Assembly: GCA_050261255.1 (NCBI GenBank)
Contig: JBLNDC010000349.1
Coordinates: 1 to 25,403 of the forward strand
Source of the DNA: Bacteroidota bacterium
GTDB taxonomy: Bacteria > Bacillota > UBA4882 > UBA8346
DNA length: 25,403 nt
Direction: 5' to 3'
In this document: piece by piece, positions 17,516-25,283 of the stretch
Position numbering within the stretch: position 1 is the stretch's first letter
How the letters are laid out: the number at the start of each line of letters is the position of its first letter
Notes under the pieces: model-generated
What the model saw: the letters and a program-made list of their open reading frames with translations, nothing else
Database searches by the model: none
What the model was told of the DNA's origin: nothing
Program-made: the position numbers and the translations under genes

Positions 17516-18859
17516 ATGACGCCCAAAAACTTTTGGGTGCGGAAACTCTCGCTGCCACTTCGGACTGATGAAGTTTTCGGTAAGTCCGACTCTCCACGCC
17601 GGTTAATCGTGGAGGTCATGAACAACCGAAGCTTGGATCGGATAGCAGCGTTGATTGACTCCAACCAAGGGAAAATCCATAAAGAGATCCGGATGATCCC
17701 GTCGCTGGTTGCGGATTTGCCTTTCTCGTCCCTTGAAGAACTGGCGCGTTCCAGATATGTTTATAAAATTTGGCAGGACTCTCCGGTATATACTCAGCTA
17801 GACGTGGCGGTACCCTCCTCCGGCGGTCTAATCCCATACCAGGCGGGGCTGACCGGTAAAGGTGTCGTAGTTGCGGTTTTGGATACAGGAATCGATCCTC
17901 ACGAGGACTTGACTGAGCCGACCAATCGGATTTTGGCTTGGAAAGACTTAGTGAACCAAAAGAATTCCCCATATGACGATAACGGGCATGGCACTCATGT
18001 AGCCGGGATTATCGCCGGCAATGGCCGTTACTCCAATGGAAAATACCGGGGAATTGCCCCTGAGGCTATGCTGGTCGGGGTAAAAATTTTAGATGAAGAA
18101 GGCAGCGGCAGGTTATCTGATGTTATCTCCGGTATTGAATGGTGCATTAATAGTTTGTCGGCCTTGAATATCAGGGCGATCAATCTCTCGATCGGATCCG
18201 AAGTCCAGGAATCTTATCGGGCTGATCCGTTATGTCGGATAACTTCCGTAGCTTGGGAAAAAGGGATTACCGTATGCGCCGCCGCGGGAAACAGCGGACC
18301 AAGATTTGGAACTATCAACACGCCCGGCATCAATCCGGTAATTATAACCGTAGGTAATCTTGATGATCAAAACACCCTCACCAACATCGATGATATCCTC
18401 GCACCTAGTTCCAGCAGGGGGCCGACCCCGGACAGACTGATTAAGCCGGACTTAGTAGCGCCCGGCACTAATATTACTTCGCTAAAAGTTGGAGGTGGCT
18501 ATACCACTCTGAGCGGTACTTCAATGGCGACTCCATTGGTAAGCGGCGCGGTTGCCCTAATCCTCCAAAAGTGGTCTAACCTTAAACCAGATCAGCTCAA
18601 AACTCTTTTAATGCAGAGCGCCCGGAATGTTGGCGTCGGGCCTAATCTACAGGGAGCAGGAGCTTTAGATCTAGAGGCTATTTTTAAGCATGAAATTGAG
18701 TCACCAAAACCAAAAAAAAACGAACCCGAGCCAAGTCTCGGTGGAATCTTACTTAAAACCATTCTCAAAATGGTAGTCTCTAATCTTTCCTCCGGTCAAC
18801 AGTTTAAAGGGACTGATCTCCTAAAAATGGCCTTAAATTTCATGGGAAATTTAAAATGA
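17516..18859 (+). CDS. S8 subtilase (AprX-like), paralogue 1
   Basis: Triad VLDTG / NGHGTHVAG / SGTSMATP and oxyanion AAGNSG. I9-like propeptide, no signal peptide. Confidence 0.93.
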   Translation: MTPKNFWVRKLSLPLRTDEVFGKSDSPRRLIVEVMNNRSLDRIAALIDSNQGKIHKEIRMIPSLVADLPFSSLEELARSRYVYKIWQDSPVYTQLDVAVPSSGGLIPYQAGLTGKGVVVAVLDTGIDPHEDLTEPTNRILAWKDLVNQKNSPYDDNGHGTHVAGIIAGNGRYSNGKYRGIAPEAMLVGVKILDEEGSGRLSDVISGIEWCINSLSALNIRAINLSIGSEVQESYRADPLCRITSVAWEKGITVCAAAGNSGPRFGTINTPGINPVIITVGNLDDQNTLTNIDDILAPSSSRGPTPDRLIKPDLVAPGTNITSLKVGGGYTTLSGTSMATPLVSGAVALILQKWSNLKPDQLKTLLMQSARNVGVGPNLQGAGALDLEAIFKHEIESPKPKKNEPEPSLGGILLKTILKMVVSNLSSGQQFKGTDLLKMALNFMGNLK

Positions 18860-18872
18860 AAACCAAAATGAT

Positions 18873-18900
18873 AAAACCCGAATCCTAGGTTCGGGTTTTT
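18873..18900 (+). terminator. Intrinsic (likely bidirectional) terminator
   Basis: AAAACCCGAA-TCCTAGG-TTCGGGTTTT. Confidence 0.8.
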
Positions 18901-19113
18901 AAATTATACTTATTCTTTCCTGCGCATCCGCGTCTTGGCGGAAGATTATTCTTTAGGCTTTAATCTATTATCTTATAGGTTTTCCCTTACCAAGCTTTGC
19001 AGGAGTATATGAATGGATGAATATGGCTATGGAACATTTTGAGCTGAAATAGAAACAACGATAATATCAGTGAGTATAATATTTTATTCGGATCCGAATG
19101 GAGGTGATACATT

Positions 19114-20376
19114 TTGCCTCAGGCCTTATTGCATAAACTCTGCCCGGAGTTGCGCAAAACGGAGTATAACGAGAACCCAGAACAACCTCGCCGCATAATT
19201 GTGGAAATGAATCAATCGGTTACCGGGCGTGTCACCGATTTTGTCAATCACTCTCAGGGCAAAGTCCACCGGAAAGTGAATGTTTTTCCAGGGTTGGTCG
19301 TGGAATTGCCCTTCTCCCATATTCAAGAGATGACTTGGTTCCCTTATATCAAAAAAATATGGCATGACACCCAAGTTCAAGCCTTGATGGATATCGCCGC
19401 CCCGACAGTGGGCGGATATACCGCTCAAGAATCCGGCTTTACAGGTAAAGATATGGTAGCGGCGGTGATCGATACCGGGATCTACCCCCATACCGACTTG
19501 ATCTACCCGGAAAACCGGATCATCGGTTGGTATGATTTGGTCAATGAAAGAGATAACCCCTATGACGACAATGGGCACGGTACTCACATCGCCGGGATTA
19601 TTGCCGGAAACGGTGCTATCTCTCGAGGCAGGTTTCGTGGGATGGCGCCCGAAGCGAAACTAGTAGGAGTCAAAGCCCTTGATCGCAATGGTTCGGGAAA
19701 TACGTCCGATGTGATCGCCGCTATTGAGTGGTGTATTAAAAACCGGGAGCAATATAAGATCAATGCGATTAACCTCTCTTTAGGTTCAATTGCTCAGGAC
19801 TCTTGCCGGAACGATCCCCTCTGCCGGGCGGCTACTGCTGCCTGGAAAAACGGGATTGTGGTTTGTGTCGCTGCCGGTAATGACGGACCGGAAGCAGGAA
19901 CAATCAATACTCCGGGAATCAATTCATTCGTAATTACAGTTGGCAATCTCGATGACAACGCCACCATCGAGTGGGACGACGATCAATTAAACCCATCCTC
20001 TAGTCGTGGCCCGACCATCGACAATATCAACAAACCTGATCTCTTAGCGCCGGGAACTACAATTAATTCATTGCGGGTTCCTCGCGGTTACCGCGCCTTC
20101 AGCGGTACCTCGATGGCTACCGGGGTAGTTACTGGCGCGGTCCTCCAAATACTCCAGAAAAACCCGGACTTAGCCCCGGATGAAGTCAAACGTCTCTTGG
20201 TAAACCATACCCGCTTTCTGGATCTTGACACTAACCAACAGGGAGCAGGAGTAATTAATCTCAACGGCATTTTTGAAGAAGCCAAACAAAACCGATTAGA
20301 AAACAATATATTCACCCGGGCATTACCGCTGACTATGTTCGCTTTAGCTCCTTTTGCCTTTAGTATCCTATTGTAA
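19114..20376 (+). CDS. S8 subtilase (AprX-like), paralogue 2
   Basis: Triad VIDTG / NGHGTHIAG / SGTSMAT and AAGNDG. TTG start with SD GGAGGTG. Hydrophobic C-terminal tail. Confidence 0.93.
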   Translation: MPQALLHKLCPELRKTEYNENPEQPRRIIVEMNQSVTGRVTDFVNHSQGKVHRKVNVFPGLVVELPFSHIQEMTWFPYIKKIWHDTQVQALMDIAAPTVGGYTAQESGFTGKDMVAAVIDTGIYPHTDLIYPENRIIGWYDLVNERDNPYDDNGHGTHIAGIIAGNGAISRGRFRGMAPEAKLVGVKALDRNGSGNTSDVIAAIEWCIKNREQYKINAINLSLGSIAQDSCRNDPLCRAATAAWKNGIVVCVAAGNDGPEAGTINTPGINSFVITVGNLDDNATIEWDDDQLNPSSSRGPTIDNINKPDLLAPGTTINSLRVPRGYRAFSGTSMATGVVTGAVLQILQKNPDLAPDEVKRLLVNHTRFLDLDTNQQGAGVINLNGIFEEAKQNRLENNIFTRALPLTMFALAPFAFSILL

Positions 20377-20396
20377 CTCTACCTCTTCAGTCTGTT

Positions 20397-20422
20397 AAAC
20401 CCGGCTTTTAGTCCGGGTTTTT
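20397..20422 (+). terminator. Intrinsic terminator after S8 paralogue 2
   Basis: AAACCCGG ... CCGGGTTT followed by T run. Confidence 0.75.
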
Positions 20423-20535
20423 TCTGCTTAAGTAACGACTTTGATAAAAGGTTTATAGCCTAATACCATCAAAAGTTAAAACACATAAAATGTAACAGAA
20501 AGGACGGTTAAGTCCGCATAATAAAAGGAGTGAAA

Positions 20536-20652
20536 ATGATGGCTGATAATGTAAAATCATTATTTGACGGTATTTTTGGTTGTTGTAACCCATTTTGGCT
20601 TTTCTTAATTCTAATCTTGTTAACAGCCGGTTGTTGCGGCGGCTTCCGGTAA
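20536..20652 (+). CDS. 38-aa Cys-rich hydrophobic peptide 1, MMADNVKSLFDGIFGCCNPFWLFLILILLTAGCCGGFR
   Basis: SD AAAGGAGTG. Paralogous to the next two ORFs with many synonymous differences. The start could be 20539. Confidence 0.88.
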   Translation: MMADNVKSLFDGIFGCCNPFWLFLILILLTAGCCGGFR

Positions 20653-20750
20653 AATGTCACAGTAAAACGAAACCCATTCTCTTTTACTCTTAAATATAAA
20701 TCTGGGCAGAAACGACTAGCAATGTCATTAATTTTAAGGAGTGAAAACCA

Positions 20751-20861
20751 ATGGCCGACAATTGTTCCAGGGGCTTACTTGGCGGCATCTTCGGTTGTTG
20801 CAACCCGTTTTGGCTGTTTTTAATCTTAATATTACTAACAGCCGGTTGTTGCGGTCGGTAG
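20751..20861 (+). CDS. 36-aa Cys-rich hydrophobic peptide 2, MADNCSRGLLGGIFGCCNPFWLFLILILLTAGCCGR
   Basis: SD AAGGAGTG. Identical protein core with divergent codons. Confidence 0.88.
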   Translation: MADNCSRGLLGGIFGCCNPFWLFLILILLTAGCCGR

Positions 20862-20994
20862 TTCAACCTGCTGAAGGTGCTGAAGAAATGTTTCGGTAAA
20901 CATCAATTAGCATAATATCAACACTTGAGGAATCTCATATAATATAAAGGAGGACGAACGAAGTCCTTGACTATAGTCAAAGGAGTGATTAAGT

Positions 20995-21111
20995 ATGGCG
21001 GATAACCCAATCAAATCCATGTTTGACGGTTTCTTTGGCTGCTGCAATCCGTTTTGGTTATTCCTAATTCTGATACTCTTAGTAGCCGGTTGTTGCGGTG
21101 GCGGTTTCTAA
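20995..21111 (+). CDS. 38-aa Cys-rich hydrophobic peptide 3, MADNPIKSMFDGFFGCCNPFWLFLILILLVAGCCGGGF
   Basis: SD AAAGGAGTG. Same core. Followed by a terminator. Confidence 0.88.
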   Translation: MADNPIKSMFDGFFGCCNPFWLFLILILLVAGCCGGGF

Positions 21112-21137
21112 TAGATAATAAACCCCAAGTAAGTATC

Positions 21138-21160
21138 AGCCCGGTTAAACCGGGCTTTTT
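21138..21160 (+). terminator. Intrinsic terminator after peptide 3
   Basis: AGCCCGG-TTAAA-CCGGGCT followed by T run. Confidence 0.8.
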
Positions 21161-21276
21161 ATCTTATATCTTTTAGGCTTCTTCAAAGTTCTTTCGTCAC
21201 ATTCCGTTTAGCGTATCAAAATCATATTATAAAACCAAGAAAGAACCCTTATCCTGAACTGAAGGAGGTGTAAAGA

Positions 21277-21381
21277 ATGTCTGATGCCAAATTCGACGGA
21301 ATCTTCGGCAACAATTGTTTGTGGATCATCTTGTTGATACTTCTCTTCTGTTGCTTATGCGGTGGTGGCGGATTGTTCTAA
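21277..21381 (+). CDS. 34-aa Cys-rich hydrophobic peptide 4, MSDAKFDGIFGNNCLWIILLILLFCCLCGGGGLF
   Basis: SD AAGGAGGTG. Shares FDGIFG, W-I/L-x-L-x-I-L-L, CC and a Gly-rich end with peptides 1-3. Has its own terminator. Confidence 0.85.
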   Translation: MSDAKFDGIFGNNCLWIILLILLFCCLCGGGGLF

Positions 21382-21411
21382 GCGATAGGATGAAGTTATA
21401 AATAAGGACCC

Positions 21412-21435
21412 AGCCCGGATTACCGGGCTTTTTTT
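21412..21435 (+). terminator. Intrinsic terminator after peptide 4
   Basis: AGCCCGG-ATTA-CCGGGCT followed by T run; same stem as 21138-21160. Confidence 0.8.
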
Positions 21436-21663
21436 ATTGATTGAGGGCGCAAAGTAAAACGTGTTCTCCAAGTCCGCTGCGTTTTCGTCCTTGGATTAAC
21501 CAACAAGCTGCTTTTATCCTTCGATTCCCCAGAAAACCGGGGTGAAAGATAATAGTCAAATGGAACAAAGGATAAAAAAAGCGATACAAAATGCTTTTCT
21601 CAGCGAAACAGGGGGATTATACTCCATATAATGAACTGACCGGTAAATATGGAGGTGATTCCT

Positions 21664-23076
21664 TTGGCCCAAAATAGGATTTCGGGAAAACTCTCTCCCC
21701 TACTCCAGCAGGTCGAACATTCCAAAGATCAATTATGCAAAGTGATTGTTGAACTATCAAGCGGGCGGACGGACCAGATCGACGCTTTGGTCCGGGCCAA
21801 TAACGGAAAAATTCATCACAAAATTGGAATAGTGCCCTCTCTGGTAGTGGAACTTCCCTATGATTCAATCCCGGAACTTGCTAAATCCAGGCAAGTTAAG
21901 CGGATTTGGTATGACGCCCAGGTTAAACAATTACTAAATACCGTAGTCCCAACAGTCTGCGGATTTGGGGTAAAAAAAAGCAGTTTTACAGGGAAAAAGA
22001 TAACTATCGCCGTTCTTGATACCGGAGTCTATCCGCATCACGATTTGGTTTACCCTGTTAACAGGATAATCGCCTGGGCTGACTTTATTAACTTTCAAAA
22101 AGCCCCATACGATGATAATGGTCACGGGACTCATGTGGCTGGAATAATAGCCGGAAATGGCGCCAGCTCATTCGGGAAATATTGCGGAATTGCACCCGAG
22201 GCCAACTTGGCCATAGTCAAGGTCTTGGATAAAAACGGCAATGGCTCTTTATCGGCCATCATCGAAGGGATCGATTGGTGTATTAAAAATAAAGCCGAGT
22301 ATAATATTAAAATTATTAATCTATCTTTTGGCGCGGTTGCCCAGGATTCATATAGGACCGACTTATTATGCCGGGCCACATCTATAGCTTGGAAAAACGG
22401 AATCGTTGTCTGCACCGCCGCGGGTAATGACGGTCCTAGGGCCGGAACAATCAATACTCCGGGGATTAATCCAAAAGTTATTACCGTCGGCAACTTAGAC
22501 CATCGGAGAACGGTTATTTTTGATGATGATCGAGTTCATCCTACTTCCAGCCGGGGACCGACCCGGGACAAAATAAAAAAGCCTGATTTACTTGCGCCTG
22601 GTACTAATATTATTTCGTTAAGGCCGGGGGGTGGATATCGGTCTCTGACTGGAACTTCAATGGCCGCATCAATAGTTTCGGGAGCAATTGCTTTGATTTT
22701 GGAGAAAAATCCAAAACTCCGGCCGGATCAAGTCAAACGCATGCTGCTCAAAAATGCCCGGGAAATAGGGCTAGACCCATATGAGCAGGGAGCAGGAGTT
22801 ATTAATCTTCAAAAAATTTTCGCCGGTTCTGGTCGGGCGCCCCGAACTCAAATTCTAGGGGTCGAACCATTAACGGAAAAGGCCCAATTAAGGGCTTGCT
22901 ACATTGATAATTATCTTGAATACAATAATTTGCTCAACCCTTATTTATTATTCTTGATCTTAATTTTATTAATTTCAGCTTCCCCCGGTTATTATTACAG
23001 CGCGAATCCCTATTTTCTCTTTTTGATTTTGCTCCTCTTAATCCTTACTAATGAACCGAGGCTGTTATACAAGTAG
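21664..23076 (+). CDS. S8 subtilase (AprX-like), paralogue 3, with double hydrophobic C-terminal tail
   Basis: Triad VLDTG / NGHGTHVAG / TGTSMAAS. GGAGGTG at 21651 is the SD for TTG 21664 (the track start 21649 overlaps it). Tail NPYLLFLILILL ... NPYFLFLILLLLIL. Confidence 0.92.
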   Translation: MAQNRISGKLSPLLQQVEHSKDQLCKVIVELSSGRTDQIDALVRANNGKIHHKIGIVPSLVVELPYDSIPELAKSRQVKRIWYDAQVKQLLNTVVPTVCGFGVKKSSFTGKKITIAVLDTGVYPHHDLVYPVNRIIAWADFINFQKAPYDDNGHGTHVAGIIAGNGASSFGKYCGIAPEANLAIVKVLDKNGNGSLSAIIEGIDWCIKNKAEYNIKIINLSFGAVAQDSYRTDLLCRATSIAWKNGIVVCTAAGNDGPRAGTINTPGINPKVITVGNLDHRRTVIFDDDRVHPTSSRGPTRDKIKKPDLLAPGTNIISLRPGGGYRSLTGTSMAASIVSGAIALILEKNPKLRPDQVKRMLLKNAREIGLDPYEQGAGVINLQKIFAGSGRAPRTQILGVEPLTEKAQLRACYIDNYLEYNNLLNPYLLFLILILLISASPGYYYSANPYFLFLILLLLILTNEPRLLYK

Positions 23077-23200
23077 GCATCTAGAATGAATTTAGGCCGC
23101 TGAATAGAACAGTGGCCTTTAACGCTTTAATCAATAAGATAAAAACGAAACCAGGATTTGTTGGTTTCTGGTTTGAAGATCGTTTGAGGGAGGGAATACT

Positions 23201-23329
23201 TTGGCGATCCGGGTAGATATCGAGCACGATATCCTATTAATCATTACCACTGTTTTATTTATTCTCTTTGCCACCGGCCTGGCGGTACCTTCGGAAATTC
23301 CGACCACGCCGATAATTTTACCACCATAA
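23201..23329 (+). CDS. 42-aa single-TM peptide MAIRVDIEHDILLIITTVLFILFATGLAVPSEIPTTPIILPP (not in ORF track)
   Basis: SD GGGAGGG ahead of TTG. One clear TM segment. The stop abuts the SD (AAGGAG) of the next gene. Confidence 0.7.
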   Translation: MAIRVDIEHDILLIITTVLFILFATGLAVPSEIPTTPIILPP

Positions 23330-23343
23330 AAGGAGAGATACCC

Positions 23344-23685
23344 GTGTTTTCTACGGAGGATTTGGAGAAGATCAAAGAACAAATCTACCAGTATAAAGTA
23401 GGAGCAACTAGAAACAATATCAGAAATGAAAAAGAAAAACCTGGAGATAATAAAAATAACACCAAGTGCGGACCTAGCCTAAATCCACCGGAGATTTTAG
23501 TCATCGCCGGGTTATTAAGCGGCGCCTTGGAAGTAAGCTCAGTCTCGTTAAGTAGAGATCAAATAGTCCAGGTGTCGCTTGAAGGTTCCCTCCGGCGCCA
23601 AACTCAGTTGGAGCAGGTTATGGAACAAGTCGGTAAATGCACCTTTGAAGAGGTAATGCGGGCAATGCTAAAGGGCATGAATTAA
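23344..23685 (+). CDS. Conserved hypothetical protein, probably sporulation-associated
   Basis: GTG with SD AAAGGAG. The C-terminal half PPEILVIAGLLSGALEV...LEGSLRRQTQLEQVM...FEEVMRAM resembles small clostridial hypothetical proteins (recall). The spore link is inferred from context. Confidence 0.75.
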   Translation: MFSTEDLEKIKEQIYQYKVGATRNNIRNEKEKPGDNKNNTKCGPSLNPPEILVIAGLLSGALEVSSVSLSRDQIVQVSLEGSLRRQTQLEQVMEQVGKCTFEEVMRAMLKGMN

Positions 23686-23709
23686 AAGGGATTTTACTTA
23701 AACTTTCAT

Positions 23710-23739
23710 GAATTGTTCCCCTTGTGATTAAGCAAAATA
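23710..23739 (+). promoter_or_regulatory. Possible sigma-G-type promoter for spoVA
   Basis: GAATT - 18 bp - CAAAATA versus consensus GHATR-N18-CATWHTA. spoVA operons are known to be sigma-G controlled. Imperfect match. Confidence 0.35.
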
Positions 23740-23764
23740 AAATTAAAAATTAGGGAAGAAGCAT

Positions 23765-24223
23765 TTGGCGAAGAAGCAAAAACTAAACACAACCCAACAA
23801 AAATATCAAAAAATAATACAAGAGACTAATCCTAAACCAAATATTCGGCAAAACGCTTTGATGGCCTTTGTCAGCGGCGGCTTAGTATGCGTCTTAGGCC
23901 AATGTCTCATTGACTTTTATGCTTGGATTATGAAACTCCCACCGGAAAAAGCCAGCAATCCGGCAGTGGTTACCATGATCCTAATCGGAGCGCTTTTAAC
24001 CGGATTCGGCCTCTTTGATAAATTGGCCCATTATGCCGGCGCCGGTTTGGCAGTCCCGGTGACCGGATTTGCCAACTCGATTGTCTCCGCGGCTCTGGAA
24101 TTTAAACGGGAAGGATACATTATGGGGATCGGCAGTAAAATGTTCCTGCTGGCCGGTTCGGTGATTACCTATGGGGTGGTGACCGCGTTTTTTGTCGGGC
24201 TAATTAGGGCAATCTTTAAATAA
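23765..24223 (+). CDS. spoVAC: Stage V sporulation protein AC
   Basis: Motifs AFVSGGLVCVLGQ, FDKLAHYAGAGLAVPVTGFANSIVSAALEFKREG and GIGSKMFLLAGSVITYG. Confidence 0.95.
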   Translation: MAKKQKLNTTQQKYQKIIQETNPKPNIRQNALMAFVSGGLVCVLGQCLIDFYAWIMKLPPEKASNPAVVTMILIGALLTGFGLFDKLAHYAGAGLAVPVTGFANSIVSAALEFKREGYIMGIGSKMFLLAGSVITYGVVTAFFVGLIRAIFK

Positions 24224-24263
24224 ATCAATAAAATTATTAACCAGGAACTGCAAGGAGTAACAA

Positions 24264-25277
24264 TTGACCAAAAAACTTGGCAAACAATCTTTTTATTTCG
24301 AAACCCCCCCGGTAATTATCAGTACCGGAACCGTAGTCGGACCCTTTGAAGCAAATAGCCCTTTTAAGGATGATTTTGATTTTATCTATAACGATACCCT
24401 AGCCGGACAAGAGAGCTTTGAAAAAGCGGAACGGGCTCTGTTACTCAATGCCTGTTATACCGCTTTAAATAAAATAAATACTCCTCCGGAAAATATCGAA
24501 TACTTTTTCGCTGGGGATTTGTTAAACCAAATCATCTCAGCCGGTTTTACCGCTTTAAAATTGAAGATCCCGTTTTTTGGAATCTATGGGGCCTGTTCGA
24601 CTGCTGCCGAAGGGTTGATCCTTGCTTCGGTAATGATTGACGGCGGTTTTGGTAATCTAGCGATGGCTGCCACCTCCAGTCATAACAGCTCAGCCGAAAG
24701 GCAGTACCGTTATCCGACTGAATATGGCAATCAGCGGAAGCCTTTTTCCCAATGGACAGTAACCGGCGCCGGAGCTGCCGTAATCTCAGTTTCAGGTTCC
24801 GGGCCGGTGATCACTCACGCAACAGTCGGGAAGATCAACGATCTAGCTTGCAAGGATCCCTTAAATATGGGAGCAGCCATGGCCCCAGCAGCGGCTGATA
24901 CCATTATCCAACACTTCGCCGATACCGGCAGGAGTCCTAAGGATTATGACCTAATTCTTACCGGCGACTTAGGCAAGGTTGGATGGGATTTAGCTATCAA
25001 ATGGACAGCGGAAAGCGGCGGCTTCGACCTTTCCCGGAATTACCAAGATTGCGGAGTATTAATTTACGAGCAAGCTGACGAAAAGGTTCACGCCGGTGGT
25101 AGCGGTTGCGCTTGCTCGGCGGTTGTAACCTATGGAAATATTTATCGCCGTTTAAAGCAAGGCGAGTTGAAGAGGGTATTGTTGGTTGCAACAGGCGCGC
25201 TGCACAGCCCGACCTCATTCCAACAAGGTGAAAATATACCTTGTATCGCTCATGCAGTTTGTATTGAAGCGAGGTAG
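24264..25277 (+). CDS. spoVAD: Stage V sporulation protein AD
   Basis: Motifs GDLLNQ, GIYGACST, SAERQYRYPTEYG, WTVTGAGA, DYDLILTGDLG, GGSGCACS and TGALHSPTS. Confidence 0.96.
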   Translation: MTKKLGKQSFYFETPPVIISTGTVVGPFEANSPFKDDFDFIYNDTLAGQESFEKAERALLLNACYTALNKINTPPENIEYFFAGDLLNQIISAGFTALKLKIPFFGIYGACSTAAEGLILASVMIDGGFGNLAMAATSSHNSSAERQYRYPTEYGNQRKPFSQWTVTGAGAAVISVSGSGPVITHATVGKINDLACKDPLNMGAAMAPAAADTIIQHFADTGRSPKDYDLILTGDLGKVGWDLAIKWTAESGGFDLSRNYQDCGVLIYEQADEKVHAGGSGCACSAVVTYGNIYRRLKQGELKRVLLVATGALHSPTSFQQGENIPCIAHAVCIEAR

Positions 25278-25283
25278 CGAAAA

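Noticed and set aside
19001-19045. SD followed by a 9-codon ORF (MDEYGYGTF) upstream of S8 paralogue 2
   Set aside because: Too short, unrelated to the peptide family and without supporting terminator or paralogue.
20536-21381. CRISPR array or non-coding repeat
   Set aside because: The repeated units are ~100-nt coding paralogues with SDs and synonymous variation, not 23-47 bp repeats with spacers. No cas genes are present.
17127-23076. RiPP/bacteriocin cluster (S8 leader peptidases plus precursors)
   Set aside because: No modifying enzyme, exporter or immunity gene lies in the window. The Gly-Gly motifs are at the C-termini rather than after a leader, and the spore context fits better. Not fully excluded if enzymes act in trans.
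23131-23382. 83-aa minus-strand ORF
   Set aside because: Antisense shadow of the 42-aa ORF and the start of 23344-23685.
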